From positions 1 to 42,879 of the IMG/VR virus record IMGVR_UViG_3300032225_001776: a DNA stretch of 42,879 nucleotides. The stretch is one strand, 5' to 3'. Below the pieces are notes generated by a model. It was not told the origin of the DNA. It worked only from the letters and a program-made list of their open reading frames with translations, and searched no databases. The stretch comes from a virus (lineage: Duplodnaviria; Caudoviricetes). A program made the position numbers and the translations under genes. Shown piece by piece: positions 9,801 through 19,475 of this stretch (the first letter of the stretch is position 1; each line of letters starts with the position of its first letter).

Positions 9801-10048
9801 CCGAGCAAATTGGCAAAGGTTATGTGCTGTTCTAAATTTGTAAGTAAATCGTTTACTTTTTGGACCAGTTCTTTATAGCGTAATGTTTCTCGTTTGAGTC
9901 TGCGACATTCTACACTTTCCATATCTGCAGCCACAATAGCAATATCAATGGCCTTTACCATTTTAAGCAGATCGCGTCGAGCCACCTTATTTTGGACGTT
10001 GGCTATGGCTCGTTCTGCTAGGTCTAAGCGTTGGAATAGTTGATCCAT
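9797..10048 (-). CDS. Hypothetical helical protein (83 aa)
   Basis: Start placed at 10048 (MDQLFQ), 7 nt after TTGACC-17-TATAAT; track start is 10102. Confidence 0.6.
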   Translation of the reverse strand: MDQLFQRLDLAERAIANVQNKVARRDLLKMVKAIDIAIVAADMESVECRRLKRETLRYKELVQKVNDLLTNLEQHITFANLLG

Positions 10049-10055
10049 GTTTGTA

Positions 10056-10084
10056 ATTATACGAGCTTTTGACTTTCCGGTCAA
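10056..10084 (-). promoter_or_regulatory. sigma70-type promoter
   Basis: TTGACC-17-TATAAT; ATG 10048 is 7 nt downstream. Confidence 0.8.
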
Positions 10085-10106
10085 TCTGGCCCATAAATAC
10101 ATAACT

Positions 10107-11462
10107 ATGCCACGATTAAGCCTATATCGCCCAAACAGAACTGCTGACTACCAATTCTTTGATCGCACAATCAAAGAGATGTTTACTGTCGGCGGGTTGG
10201 ATATTTACATCCACAAATATCTTGGTCCTATTGTTGATCCTGAACAAGCCAACACTCCGGGTGATGCTACCCTGCCCACTTACGATACTACTAATCCGTT
10301 GTTTATCGAAGATTTGTTGTTGTTAGAAAATCGTGATCGAGCATACGATCCTGATGTGTATGTCATGCGCGGTGTTTATCGCACACAAGATATTGATTTT
10401 GATCTTACACAATTTGGCCTGTTTTTAAACAACGATACCTTGTTTATTACCTTCCACTACAACAACATGATTGATACATTTGGTCGCAAATTAATGAGCG
10501 GCGATGTCATTGAAGTTCCTAACTTAAAAGACTACCATCCATTGGATCGCACAATTCCAAATGCGTTGCCCAGGTATTACGTAATACAAGATGGCAACTA
10601 TGCGTCTGAAGGATTTAGTCAAACTTGGTTGCCACACTTATGGCGAATTAAGGCCACACCGATGGTCAATGCCCAAGAGTTCAGTCAAATCATCAACCAA
10701 CCATTTATGCCAGAAAACATCTGGGATCCAGGTAATTTTTATCCTGGCGGTGAAACAGTCAACAATGGTGGCACTTATTACACAGCACTACAAAATGTGC
10801 CGCCAGGAACTGACATTACTGATACCGATTATTGGCAAGAAGTCGTTACACCAGCCACAGTAGGCGACCGGATGAGTACCAGACCTAAAGATCTGGAAAT
10901 TAACGATGCCCTGTTGGTTCAAGCACAAGCCGATGTTCCGCTCAGTGGTTATGACGTTACAAAATTCTATATATTACCAACCACAGACAATGGACAACCT
11001 GGCGGTGCTGGTCTTACTGCCGATGATACCTATGCCACAGTAGACAGTACCGCAGGTGGCGAAGGCAATAGTCCCAAGAGCTTTGGTTATGCCATGGGTT
11101 ACTTAACCGGTGATGGTCAAGCACCAAATGGTTTGCCTGTAACACCGGGTGTAAGTTTTCCGCCTAACCCGGTGGCAGGAGATTATGCACTGCGTTTGGA
11201 TTATTTCCCCAATCGTTTGTTTAGATTCAGTGGCAGGTCTTGGGTCAAGATTGAAGATAATGTCCGTACCGATCTTGACTTGGCTTCGGGTGCATTGACT
11301 CAACGTGCCAGCTTTGTTAATAACACCTATACTGTTGCTACCACAGATCAAGGCAATATTCCAAGTCGCCAGAGTCTTAGCCAAATACTCAAACCACAAG
11401 CCGACAACGGCAACCAGGGTGGCAATATTATGCCACCTAACCCAAGACCCCCAGGACGATAA
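10107..11462 (+). CDS. gp14: Neck protein (gp14-like) with C-terminal extension
   Basis: Start at MPRLSLY (10107) after CATAAATA; DLTQFGLF...T.FITFH and GDVIE.P motifs resemble gp14 head-closure proteins; directly upstream of the gp15-like gene. Confidence 0.6.
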   Translation: MPRLSLYRPNRTADYQFFDRTIKEMFTVGGLDIYIHKYLGPIVDPEQANTPGDATLPTYDTTNPLFIEDLLLLENRDRAYDPDVYVMRGVYRTQDIDFDLTQFGLFLNNDTLFITFHYNNMIDTFGRKLMSGDVIEVPNLKDYHPLDRTIPNALPRYYVIQDGNYASEGFSQTWLPHLWRIKATPMVNAQEFSQIINQPFMPENIWDPGNFYPGGETVNNGGTYYTALQNVPPGTDITDTDYWQEVVTPATVGDRMSTRPKDLEINDALLVQAQADVPLSGYDVTKFYILPTTDNGQPGGAGLTADDTYATVDSTAGGEGNSPKSFGYAMGYLTGDGQAPNGLPVTPGVSFPPNPVAGDYALRLDYFPNRLFRFSGRSWVKIEDNVRTDLDLASGALTQRASFVNNTYTVATTDQGNIPSRQSLSQILKPQADNGNQGGNIMPPNPRPPGR

Positions 11463-12872
11463 ATGGCACAATTCTTTTACGACGAACAAATACGAAGATT
11501 CTTGTTGCAGTTTGCAAGAATCTTTAGCAACTTCAGTGTCGAGTACGGCCGAAATCAATCAGGAAAAAACGACACCTTGGTTCGTGTACCTGTGCGCTAT
11601 GGTGATGCCAGTCGCCAGGCACAAACAATCATGCAACAAAACTCAGCCAATGACATGCCGTCGACTCCGTTGATGACATTTTATGTCACTGGTCTTGATT
11701 ACGATCGTCCCAGGATACAAGAACCTAATTTTGTAAGCAACATACAGGTTCGCCAGAGAGCTTACGACGAAGCTACTGACAGCTACGAAACCACACAGGG
11801 TAATGCATTTACTATTGAACGTCTAATGCCTGTGCCATACAAGTTGACCATTGCCTTGGACATATGGACATCAAACACCAATCAAAAGATGCAGATCTTA
11901 GAACAAATTTTGGTATTGTTTAATCCCAGCTTGGAAATACAAAGCACAGACAATTATATTGACTGGACTAGTCTTACTGTGTGCAATCTTGAATCAACCA
12001 AGTGGAGTAATCGAACCATACCAGTTGGCACCGATAACCCTATAGACATAGCTACACTTACGTTTAGTATACCAATTTGGTTGTCAAGTCCGGCCAAGGT
12101 CAAGAAGTTAGGTGTGGTTGAACGCATTGTTATGAGCGTGTTTGATGCCAACGGTGATGCCAGCAATGCTATCCTTGACAATGATTTATTATTGGGTACT
12201 CGGCAAGTGATTACTCCATACGGATATCAGACCTTGTTGATTGGCGGAAGTCCTGGAACTGTTGGCCGATTACAGGCCTTACGTGAACAACAAGTTGTAG
12301 ACCAACCCAACGCCAGTTTGAATCCTCCAAGTAGCCCAGACAGTAATCTGCTGTGGCACAATGTTGTTGGCGTATATGGCGTGTTAAGAGATGGTATCAG
12401 TTATATCAAATTAGAACAAGACGATGGCACTGAGGTCATAGGACATGTTAGCTATGATCCTACTGATGATCGATTCCTGTTGTTTACAGTAGATACTGGG
12501 TCAACTCCTAGCAACACGTTAGATCCTGTATCGGCTGTGATTGATCCGCTTCGAAGTGGCCCAAACGCTGGATTGGCTGCTCCAACCGTAGGACAAAGAT
12601 ATTTGTTTACCGATGCCACAGGCACGTTTAATGAAGGGTATGCCGAGGCCTGGGCCGGAGTAGATGGACAACCACTGGTTGCTCAAGCCAATGATATTGT
12701 TGAGTATGACGGCTCTAGGTGGCAAGTTTCTTTTGACAGCAGCTCAAGTCCAGATAATATACAGTATGTCACAAATATCACAACAGAAATACAATATCAA
12801 TGGACCGGTGTCAATTGGATCAAATCATACCAAGGACTGTATCCTGGAGGCACATGGAGTCTAGTATTGTAA
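11463..12872 (+). CDS. gp15: Tail sheath stabiliser / tail terminator (gp15-like)
   Basis: FYDEQIRR, VPVRYG, YD..R, PVPY.L...L.IWT and QILEQIL..FNP motifs. Confidence 0.85.
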   Translation: MAQFFYDEQIRRFLLQFARIFSNFSVEYGRNQSGKNDTLVRVPVRYGDASRQAQTIMQQNSANDMPSTPLMTFYVTGLDYDRPRIQEPNFVSNIQVRQRAYDEATDSYETTQGNAFTIERLMPVPYKLTIALDIWTSNTNQKMQILEQILVLFNPSLEIQSTDNYIDWTSLTVCNLESTKWSNRTIPVGTDNPIDIATLTFSIPIWLSSPAKVKKLGVVERIVMSVFDANGDASNAILDNDLLLGTRQVITPYGYQTLLIGGSPGTVGRLQALREQQVVDQPNASLNPPSSPDSNLLWHNVVGVYGVLRDGISYIKLEQDDGTEVIGHVSYDPTDDRFLLFTVDTGSTPSNTLDPVSAVIDPLRSGPNAGLAAPTVGQRYLFTDATGTFNEGYAEAWAGVDGQPLVAQANDIVEYDGSRWQVSFDSSSSPDNIQYVTNITTEIQYQWTGVNWIKSYQGLYPGGTWSLVL

Positions 12873-13294
12873 GCGCAGTAGGTGTTTGGTTTTACTCTGT
12901 CGATACTCGTCGATATCTATATCTCATGCGTAACGATCCAAAGCACCCTGGATCATGGGGATTGCCTGGTGGGCGTGTAGAAGCAGGTGAAACTTTAATG
13001 ACTGCTATTACTCGAGAGTGTGAAGAGGAACTGGGATCAATGCCCAATTATGTGCGTATGCTTCCGTTAGAAAAGTTTACTACCATAGATTCAGGATTTG
13101 AATACCATACATTTTTTTGCATTGTGAGTCAAGAATTTCAACCCGTACTAAATCATGAACACATTGGCTATGCATGGATTGATTCGGGTACCTGGCCCAA
13201 ACCTATGCATCCAGGACTATGGTCTACTGTGAATTTTGAAGCGGTACAAAATAAAATACTAACTATTGAATCCAGCGTTTATACATCACAATAA
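12854..13294 (+). CDS. Nudix hydrolase
   Basis: Nudix box GGRVEAGETLMTAITRECEEELG; GGAGG upstream of ATG 12854 (track start 12800). Confidence 0.9.
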   Translation: MESSIVSAVGVWFYSVDTRRYLYLMRNDPKHPGSWGLPGGRVEAGETLMTAITRECEEELGSMPNYVRMLPLEKFTTIDSGFEYHTFFCIVSQEFQPVLNHEHIGYAWIDSGTWPKPMHPGLWSTVNFEAVQNKILTIESSVYTSQ

Positions 13295-13941
13295 CTGATG
13301 AACTCAGGATATGTCATAGTATGAGTATTAAAACAGTCAACCCAGCTGTCGGGCATACGCGAATTTTCGCCTACCAAATAAAATTTAACGCCTGGATAGG
13401 CCAAAAACACTTCAGCAAGTTGTGCTTCCCAATTTAACGAATTGCCTGAGGTTTCATCTGTGTAGCCCAATAAAAATATTTCTTGGTGCCCATCAAATGC
13501 AGCCAGATACACTGCAATAATCATATCGATCAATCTGGGTTTATACGGAATTAAATAAAATTCTCCTGGGCTAGCAATACAATTACGTGCAGTAGTATAC
13601 ACAATATTGTCTCGTTGGTACCCTGTTTCTAAAATTTTATTTAAATTATCGGTGTTGGTTTCTACTGCAAAATCCAAGCGCATTTGTTGAGCAATGACAC
13701 CTGTGCCGTAGGTTTGTAGTTTTTTACTGCCCAACAAGCCGCCACGGTGACGTTGTAATCTAGTATAATCAAACTGCCAACGATCTAGATCACTGCCAAT
13801 GCAGGCTGCGCGACCTGACAGGTGATGATTTTCAATAGGGTTTGGAATCCATTCACGTGTTTCTTTTTTTTTGCTGGCGCCCCATCGGGTTTCTAATATT
13901 ACAAATTCGCCAGCGTAGTCTGTGCGATACCTGGCTTGCAT
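13279..13941 (-). CDS. Hypothetical protein, weak resemblance to MAF_flag10 / sialyltransferase-like Rossmann proteins
   Basis: Start 13941 (TGATG coupling with the upstream fibre gene); motif AVYLAAFDGHQEIFLLG. Confidence 0.5.
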   Translation of the reverse strand: MQARYRTDYAGEFVILETRWGASKKKETREWIPNPIENHHLSGRAACIGSDLDRWQFDYTRLQRHRGGLLGSKKLQTYGTGVIAQQMRLDFAVETNTDNLNKILETGYQRDNIVYTTARNCIASPGEFYLIPYKPRLIDMIIAVYLAAFDGHQEIFLLGYTDETSGNSLNWEAQLAEVFLAYPGVKFYLVGENSRMPDSWVDCFNTHTMTYPEFISYCDV

Positions 13942-15329
13942 CAGGTTCTGCCTACTGCTACTTCTATTGTGCCAACTTCGGTTGAATTGTAATTTTCCAA
14001 TGCCTTGCCAATGATACAACCCGGTTGGTATTGACTCATGTCCAATACGGTGGCCACGCCAGCATGTAGGCCACTGGCAACCAAACGATCACCTTTGCCA
14101 ATAGCGCCAACCACACGGCACGGCACACGGCCGGTAAGTGCTACTGCCACGGCATTGATTTCGCAAGCAATAGTTGAGTTCATTAGGTAACTTGGATTGG
14201 TAGAAATGATACCAGCTACACGAGTGCTGTGACTTTCAGTGGTGGCAGTAACTTCTGACGTGCCTCCAAATTCAACCAGGGTTCCTGGCGCATAATCAGC
14301 ATCTGCACAATACATCTCTGCCAAGTCAGCGTATTGAGCCGAAGTTGCTTTGGCAAATATGGTGTTAAAGTAAGTGGTTGATGATCCAATATTGCCCGAA
14401 CCATTGGCGCCGCTGTTAAGGATACTGTTGGTGTTGATTATACCATTTATGTTGGCACCTGTGATGTTACCAGCTACGCTTAATCCACTGGCACTGCTGA
14501 ATGTGGCTATGGCAGTAGGAGTAATAGCACCCGATGCTGTGGTATAAACTACCACATTGGTAGCGCGACTGCTGTCTGTGAAGTTTTCTGCAGCCACAAT
14601 GTCTACACGACCAGTTGAACTGTTACCAAATTGTAAGGATCCACCGCTGAATCCACGTGCTGTAAATTGTGTTAAGGTATCGCCGGACAAGGTCTGTGCT
14701 GGGCTACCAGCAGTTCCTCGAGCAGTTCGTCCAGTAAAGGCTACGTAGGCGCTGGCACCAAATGAGTCTTGTGTGATACGAGTTTGTGCCGAATCGGCTC
14801 CACTTATGTGTAGATCAGTTCCTGAGGTAGTGCTGTTACCCCCAACGGTATAACTCACAGTTTGTGGGTTGGCTAAAATATTAACTTCGCAATCGGGCTG
14901 ACTTGTTCCTATTCCCAGAGCACCATTGGTGCCAGTGACAATATTACCGGTAGCACTGATCAATCCACCAGTTAACAAGTTACCACCAGTGATATTACCG
15001 GATACACTGGCACTGGTAGTTGAAATAGTTCCGACAATTGTTCCGATAATGTTACCACCACTGATGTTACCTGTGGCCGATATTGTTCCGCCGGTTCTGA
15101 TGTTGCCACCGTCTATGTTACCTGTAACACTGACACTGGTTCCTTGATAAATTTTATTAGTTATTGTTTGGGTAGCAGTAAGCCCAACACCTGGAAAGCC
15201 GCCGGCTGTTGCTCCGTCATTTACAACCACAATTTTGTTAGTGGTGTCTATGACCAATTCGCCCAAGGCGCCGGTGAAAGCAGCAACTTGAACATTTGAT
15301 CCTCGTCTGTATTGAACTTGTGTAGACAT
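13941..15329 (-). CDS. Tail fibre/spike with Mtd_N-like N-terminus and C-terminal chaperone-like domain
   Basis: N-terminal VQYRRG.......FTG..GE...DT......DG...GG (major tropism determinant N-domain type); GNITGGN repeats; C-terminal AQYADLAE...GRVPC...IGKALE...G.IEV.VGR. Confidence 0.75.
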   Translation of the reverse strand: MSTQVQYRRGSNVQVAAFTGALGELVIDTTNKIVVVNDGATAGGFPGVGLTATQTITNKIYQGTSVSVTGNIDGGNIRTGGTISATGNISGGNIIGTIVGTISTTSASVSGNITGGNLLTGGLISATGNIVTGTNGALGIGTSQPDCEVNILANPQTVSYTVGGNSTTSGTDLHISGADSAQTRITQDSFGASAYVAFTGRTARGTAGSPAQTLSGDTLTQFTARGFSGGSLQFGNSSTGRVDIVAAENFTDSSRATNVVVYTTASGAITPTAIATFSSASGLSVAGNITGANINGIINTNSILNSGANGSGNIGSSTTYFNTIFAKATSAQYADLAEMYCADADYAPGTLVEFGGTSEVTATTESHSTRVAGIISTNPSYLMNSTIACEINAVAVALTGRVPCRVVGAIGKGDRLVASGLHAGVATVLDMSQYQPGCIIGKALENYNSTEVGTIEVAVGRT

Positions 15330-15354
15330 TTTTTTATCCTATATCATATTTATG

Positions 15355-18300
15355 TTAGCTTACTATGTTACCCGAACTGGTAAAGCGCCAGTTTGTTCCG
15401 TCGCTAAATGCGGTCATTGCGCCAATGCTGCTGGTGCTTAAATATACAAATTGAGCTGCAGGACTAGCGCCCGGCAACGTAGCAGGTGTGTAAGCTGGTA
15501 GTATCAACTGGCTTGGGTAAATCAAGCCAGATGCCGAAACAACTGATCCCAAATCATAACTGACTGTTACAGCATCAGTTACTAATCCCAAATCTTCGCT
15601 GGCAGTGACTGTTTCTGTAACTGTGCCCATGTCGCCACCAGTGGCAAAAATACTAGACCCACCCGACGATGTAGCAATTGTAATGACGCCTGTGCCGGGT
15701 GTGGCCACTAGAGTAATACCCGAACCGGCACTCAGAGTCAAGGTACTCGAAATAGAGTTGGCAAGTATAGAATTGCCGTTGGCCACGGCCACATTACTAA
15801 AAGCACTAATACCGGTTAACTGACTGCCATTACCAATGTGATAATTTCCAGTGATGTTACCGGTGGCACTGACCAGACCGGTTGTTAGAATATTTCCGTG
15901 TGTGGCATTGCCAGTGCTGCTCATTATGCCGCTTGTTAAAACATTACCACCGGTGATATTACCGGTTGCACTCAGTATTCCTTGTGAGGTTAATCCGTTG
16001 CTGGCTACCCAAATATTTGATGTGCTATTGTAAGTTAAACTGATATATTCACTACCGGCTGGACCAACTCCAATACCGCCACCGTTGGCTTGAGCTGCCG
16101 ATGACGCATTATTGGCCACATTGATAGTTAGATCGTTTGTGGTAACGTTGTTACTGTTGATATAAGTTACATTACCTTGAACGCTCAAGTTGCCGGTGAT
16201 GATTACGTTGCCATCAGTTCCGCCAGATCCGTTTGGATCAATATACAATGTTGGGCCAGTGCTGACAATATTTGCCCCAGTGATTGTGATATTACCATTG
16301 GTAATTGCAGTAGCGGCCACAATGTTTCCACCGGTTACATTGCCGGTAGCACTTACTACTCCAGTTGTGTATTGACCAGTTGTAGCAAATACAACTACAT
16401 TACTTGTGCCGCCAATGGATATATTGGCATTGCCGCCAGAAGTTGCAATATTAGCTTCACTAGTTCCATTAAATATGCGACTAGCATAGATTCCAGATGC
16501 ACAAGCAACATTACCTAAAAAATAATTTCCTGTGATGTTGCCAGTAGCACTTACTTGGCCACCAGTTAGGATATTACCACCAATGACATTGCCAGTAACC
16601 GATTCGTACCCGGTATTGATAACATTGCCAGCATAAACATTGCCACTGGCACTCATGGTTCCGGGCGGGCCGCTGGTCATTAAAATATTACCGCTGGCTC
16701 CACCTGTGGTCCAAGTCAAAACTCCATTAGGAGAACTAAGACTATTTCCACCAAGGTATAGAGAATTTGGGCCTACATATAAATGTTGAAATACCGCAGT
16801 AGGGGTACCTAATGTGTAAACATTGTTGGCGGTTGGAACAATATTACCACTGACATTAATGCCAGCAACTGAAAGGTTGCCTGTGGCGCTGATTGATCCG
16901 CCGGTCAATACATTACCATGAGTAGCATTACCCGTGCTGCTCATTACACCAGCAGTTAGGACGTTGCCACCGGTGATGTTACCAGTACCGGATAATGCTC
17001 CGCCCGATCCACTTGTGACTATGTTACCACCAGTGACGTTTCCAGTTACACTCAACAAACCAGTTACATATTCACCAGTTGATGCAAATACCACTACGTT
17101 ACTTGTGCCGCCTATACTAATATTGGCATTACCACCACTGGTACCTACGTTGGCTTCGCTGGTTCCATTGTAAATTTTACTGGCAGTGATGCCAGTGGCA
17201 TAAAAAACATTACCAAGAATATAATTGCCGGTGATGTTGCCGGTGGAACTCATTATTCCACTTGTTAATACGTTACCGCCGGTGATGTTACCGGTACCGG
17301 ATAATGCTCCGCCTGACCCACTTGTGACTATGTTACCACCAGTGACGTTTCCAGTTACACTCAACAAACCAGTTACATATTCACCAGTTGATGCAAATAC
17401 CACTACGTTGCTAGTTCCACCAATGGATATGTTGGCATTGCCACCACTGGTACCTACGTTGGCTTCGCTGGTTCCATTGTAAATTTTACTGGCAGTGATA
17501 CCGTTTGCGTAAAATACATTGCCTAAAAAGTAATTTCCTGTAATATTGCCAGTGGCACTGACAACCCCGCCGGTTAATACGTTACCGCCGGTGATGTTAC
17601 CGGTACCGGATAATGCTCCGCCTGACCCACTTGTAACTATGTTACCACCAGTGACATTGCCAGTGGCACTCACTTGGCCAGCAGTTGAAATATTACCACC
17701 TGTTACATTCCCGCTTAGACTGGCCGTTGATCCAGTGATAATACCACCCACTGTTGATGCAGCAGTTATAGTGCCAGTGACACTGGCCGTTGATCCAGTA
17801 ATTACACCGCCCACAGTTGATGCGGCAGTTACAGTGCCAGTGACACTTACATTGGTTCCAGTATAGCTAGTGGCAGAAATATTACCACCGGTGATGTTAC
17901 CAGTGGCACTGATCAAGCCAGCAGTGCGTATATTACCGCCAGTGATATTACCTGTAACCGATTCAGTACCAGTGACAACCGTTCCTGTAGAACTCACAGT
18001 CAGCACGTTGGCTGTACCTGAACTACTTATAGTTACGTTAGCATTTGAATTGACTACTACATTTGATGTGCCACCCGATATTGAGTTGGCCATGTAATTC
18101 TGAGTAAATGTTAATGCGGTTGTGCCAATTGTTATTGGATCGTCGGTGATCAGTTTCCACTGAGTGTCTGCATATATGGTACCCTCGGTGACCATCACAA
18201 TCATGCCAGCTTCGATTTCGCCGTTGTCGTTGCCGTCTGATGTTCTAGCCCAGGTTCCAGTTGCGCCAGAACCCACAGTGACTACATAGTATAGGCCGTT

Positions 18301-18477
18301 TTGACTGCCTGTGCCTTGTGCTGTTACCAATACACGGTCGCCAGCGGAAAGACTAACACCATCTACACTGCTTGGGGCGCCACCGCTTAATGTGACCGCG
18401 ACAGTAGTTACTACTCTGGTGGCCTGTTTGTAGTCTAAATTAAATATCTGCGCAGCACGTGGTTTGGTTAAGCCCAT
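15355..18477 (-). CDS. Long repeat-rich fibre protein (1040 aa)
   Basis: N-terminal DYKQ...VDGV.L..GDRVLV..Q....QNGLY module common in phage fibres; many SATGNITGGN repeats. Confidence 0.75.
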   Translation of the reverse strand: MGLTKPRAAQIFNLDYKQATRVVTTVAVTLSGGAPSSVDGVSLSAGDRVLVTAQGTGSQNGLYYVVTVGSGATGTWARTSDGNDNGEIEAGMIVMVTEGTIYADTQWKLITDDPITIGTTALTFTQNYMANSISGGTSNVVVNSNANVTISSSGTANVLTVSSTGTVVTGTESVTGNITGGNIRTAGLISATGNITGGNISATSYTGTNVSVTGTVTAASTVGGVITGSTASVTGTITAASTVGGIITGSTASLSGNVTGGNISTAGQVSATGNVTGGNIVTSGSGGALSGTGNITGGNVLTGGVVSATGNITGNYFLGNVFYANGITASKIYNGTSEANVGTSGGNANISIGGTSNVVVFASTGEYVTGLLSVTGNVTGGNIVTSGSGGALSGTGNITGGNVLTSGIMSSTGNITGNYILGNVFYATGITASKIYNGTSEANVGTSGGNANISIGGTSNVVVFASTGEYVTGLLSVTGNVTGGNIVTSGSGGALSGTGNITGGNVLTAGVMSSTGNATHGNVLTGGSISATGNLSVAGINVSGNIVPTANNVYTLGTPTAVFQHLYVGPNSLYLGGNSLSSPNGVLTWTTGGASGNILMTSGPPGTMSASGNVYAGNVINTGYESVTGNVIGGNILTGGQVSATGNITGNYFLGNVACASGIYASRIFNGTSEANIATSGGNANISIGGTSNVVVFATTGQYTTGVVSATGNVTGGNIVAATAITNGNITITGANIVSTGPTLYIDPNGSGGTDGNVIITGNLSVQGNVTYINSNNVTTNDLTINVANNASSAAQANGGGIGVGPAGSEYISLTYNSTSNIWVASNGLTSQGILSATGNITGGNVLTSGIMSSTGNATHGNILTTGLVSATGNITGNYHIGNGSQLTGISAFSNVAVANGNSILANSISSTLTLSAGSGITLVATPGTGVITIATSSGGSSIFATGGDMGTVTETVTASEDLGLVTDAVTVSYDLGSVVSASGLIYPSQLILPAYTPATLPGASPAAQFVYLSTSSIGAMTAFSDGTNWRFTSSGNIVS
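16960..17660. repeat. 309-bp (103-aa) intragenic tandem repeat, about 2.3 copies
   Basis: CGGTGATGTTACCRGTACCGGATAATGCTCCGCC starts at 16971, 17280 and 17589. Confidence 0.9.
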
Positions 18478-19415
18478 TGTAGTTCCATTAATTATGCAGT
18501 ATATGTGCCATTTCCTGTGATCCAGGAAATAATGATATTGCCAGTTGCAGATGCGTAAGTGTAGGTTCCGGTCACGTTGGCATTTCCTGCATAACTGGCA
18601 ACAGGTATAGATAATATAACAGCGCCGTTTCCGCCAGCAGCTGGACTACTAGTTCCAGTGTTAGAACCACCAGCACCGCCACCGCCACCTAATCCATTAG
18701 TGCCTGCTGTTGCTCCGGTGTTATTTTGTGCGCCTTGGCCGCCGCCACCGGCACCACCAGGTGGGTTAGTTGTCCCTTCACCATACTGTCCAGCACCGCC
18801 ACCGCCACCATAGTATACCGCAGTTCCACTAATGCTTGATTGAACTCCGTTACCGCCAGCTCCGTTTGTTGGAGCACCAGTATACAAGTAGCCTGTACCA
18901 ACTGCTCCTGCGCCACCGCCGCCGCCACCAAAGGTATATGGGCCATTTTTTCCAGCACCACCAGCATATCCTTGTATAGGTGGTCCAGCTGTTCCTGTGC
19001 CAGCAGTGGCAAAATAAGCAGCGCCACCGCCTCCTGAGCCGCCATTTCGTCCATTACTTTGACCATATACACCGCCAGCACCACCACCAATGGCAGTGAC
19101 AGTTGTGATGCCTGCGCCAGAAATTGAACTGTTTCCGCCGTCCTTTGTTGAGTTAGCAGGGGTTCCATTGGTTGTAGCAGCTCCGCCTGGACCAACTGTG
19201 ATAGTATAAGTTGCTCCTGGAGTTAACGTAGCTGTACCAGACAATACTCCACCACCTCCGCCACCGCCTCCGGCATCGCCAGCTCCACCACCTCCGCCAC
19301 CTGCAACTACTAAGTATTGAGCCGTAATTGGGGGCAGTGGCAATGTTCCGCCGGTCCACCCGCCTCCTATGCTCCATCCAGGTCCAATTGTTATACCCAT
19401 TGTAGTTCCATTAAT
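18473..19415. repeat. Perfect 20-bp direct repeat flanking the Gly-rich gene
   Basis: CCCATTGTAGTTCCATTAAT at 18473-18492 and 19396-19415. Confidence 0.9.
18492..19400 (-). CDS. Glycine-rich virion-associated protein
   Basis: YLVVAGGGGGG...Y.ITVG.GG...GG.GG.G.VI pattern of phage Gly-rich domains. Confidence 0.7.
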   Translation of the reverse strand: MGITIGPGWSIGGGWTGGTLPLPPITAQYLVVAGGGGGGAGDAGGGGGGGGVLSGTATLTPGATYTITVGPGGAATTNGTPANSTKDGGNSSISGAGITTVTAIGGGAGGVYGQSNGRNGGSGGGGAAYFATAGTGTAGPPIQGYAGGAGKNGPYTFGGGGGGAGAVGTGYLYTGAPTNGAGGNGVQSSISGTAVYYGGGGGAGQYGEGTTNPPGGAGGGGQGAQNNTGATAGTNGLGGGGGAGGSNTGTSSPAAGGNGAVILSIPVASYAGNANVTGTYTYASATGNIIISWITGNGTYTA

Positions 19416-19430
19416 ATCTAATATTTAGCC

Positions 19431-19461
19431 AAAAAAATAGGACTCCGCGGAGTCCTATTTT
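19431..19461 (-). terminator. Intrinsic terminator (possibly bidirectional)
   Basis: Perfect 28-bp palindrome AAAATAGGACTCCGCGGAGTCCTATTTT (19434-19461) ending in a U7 tract on the minus strand, after the 1465-aa fibre gene. Confidence 0.85.
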
Positions 19462-19475
19462 GAGCAGTTTCCTGC

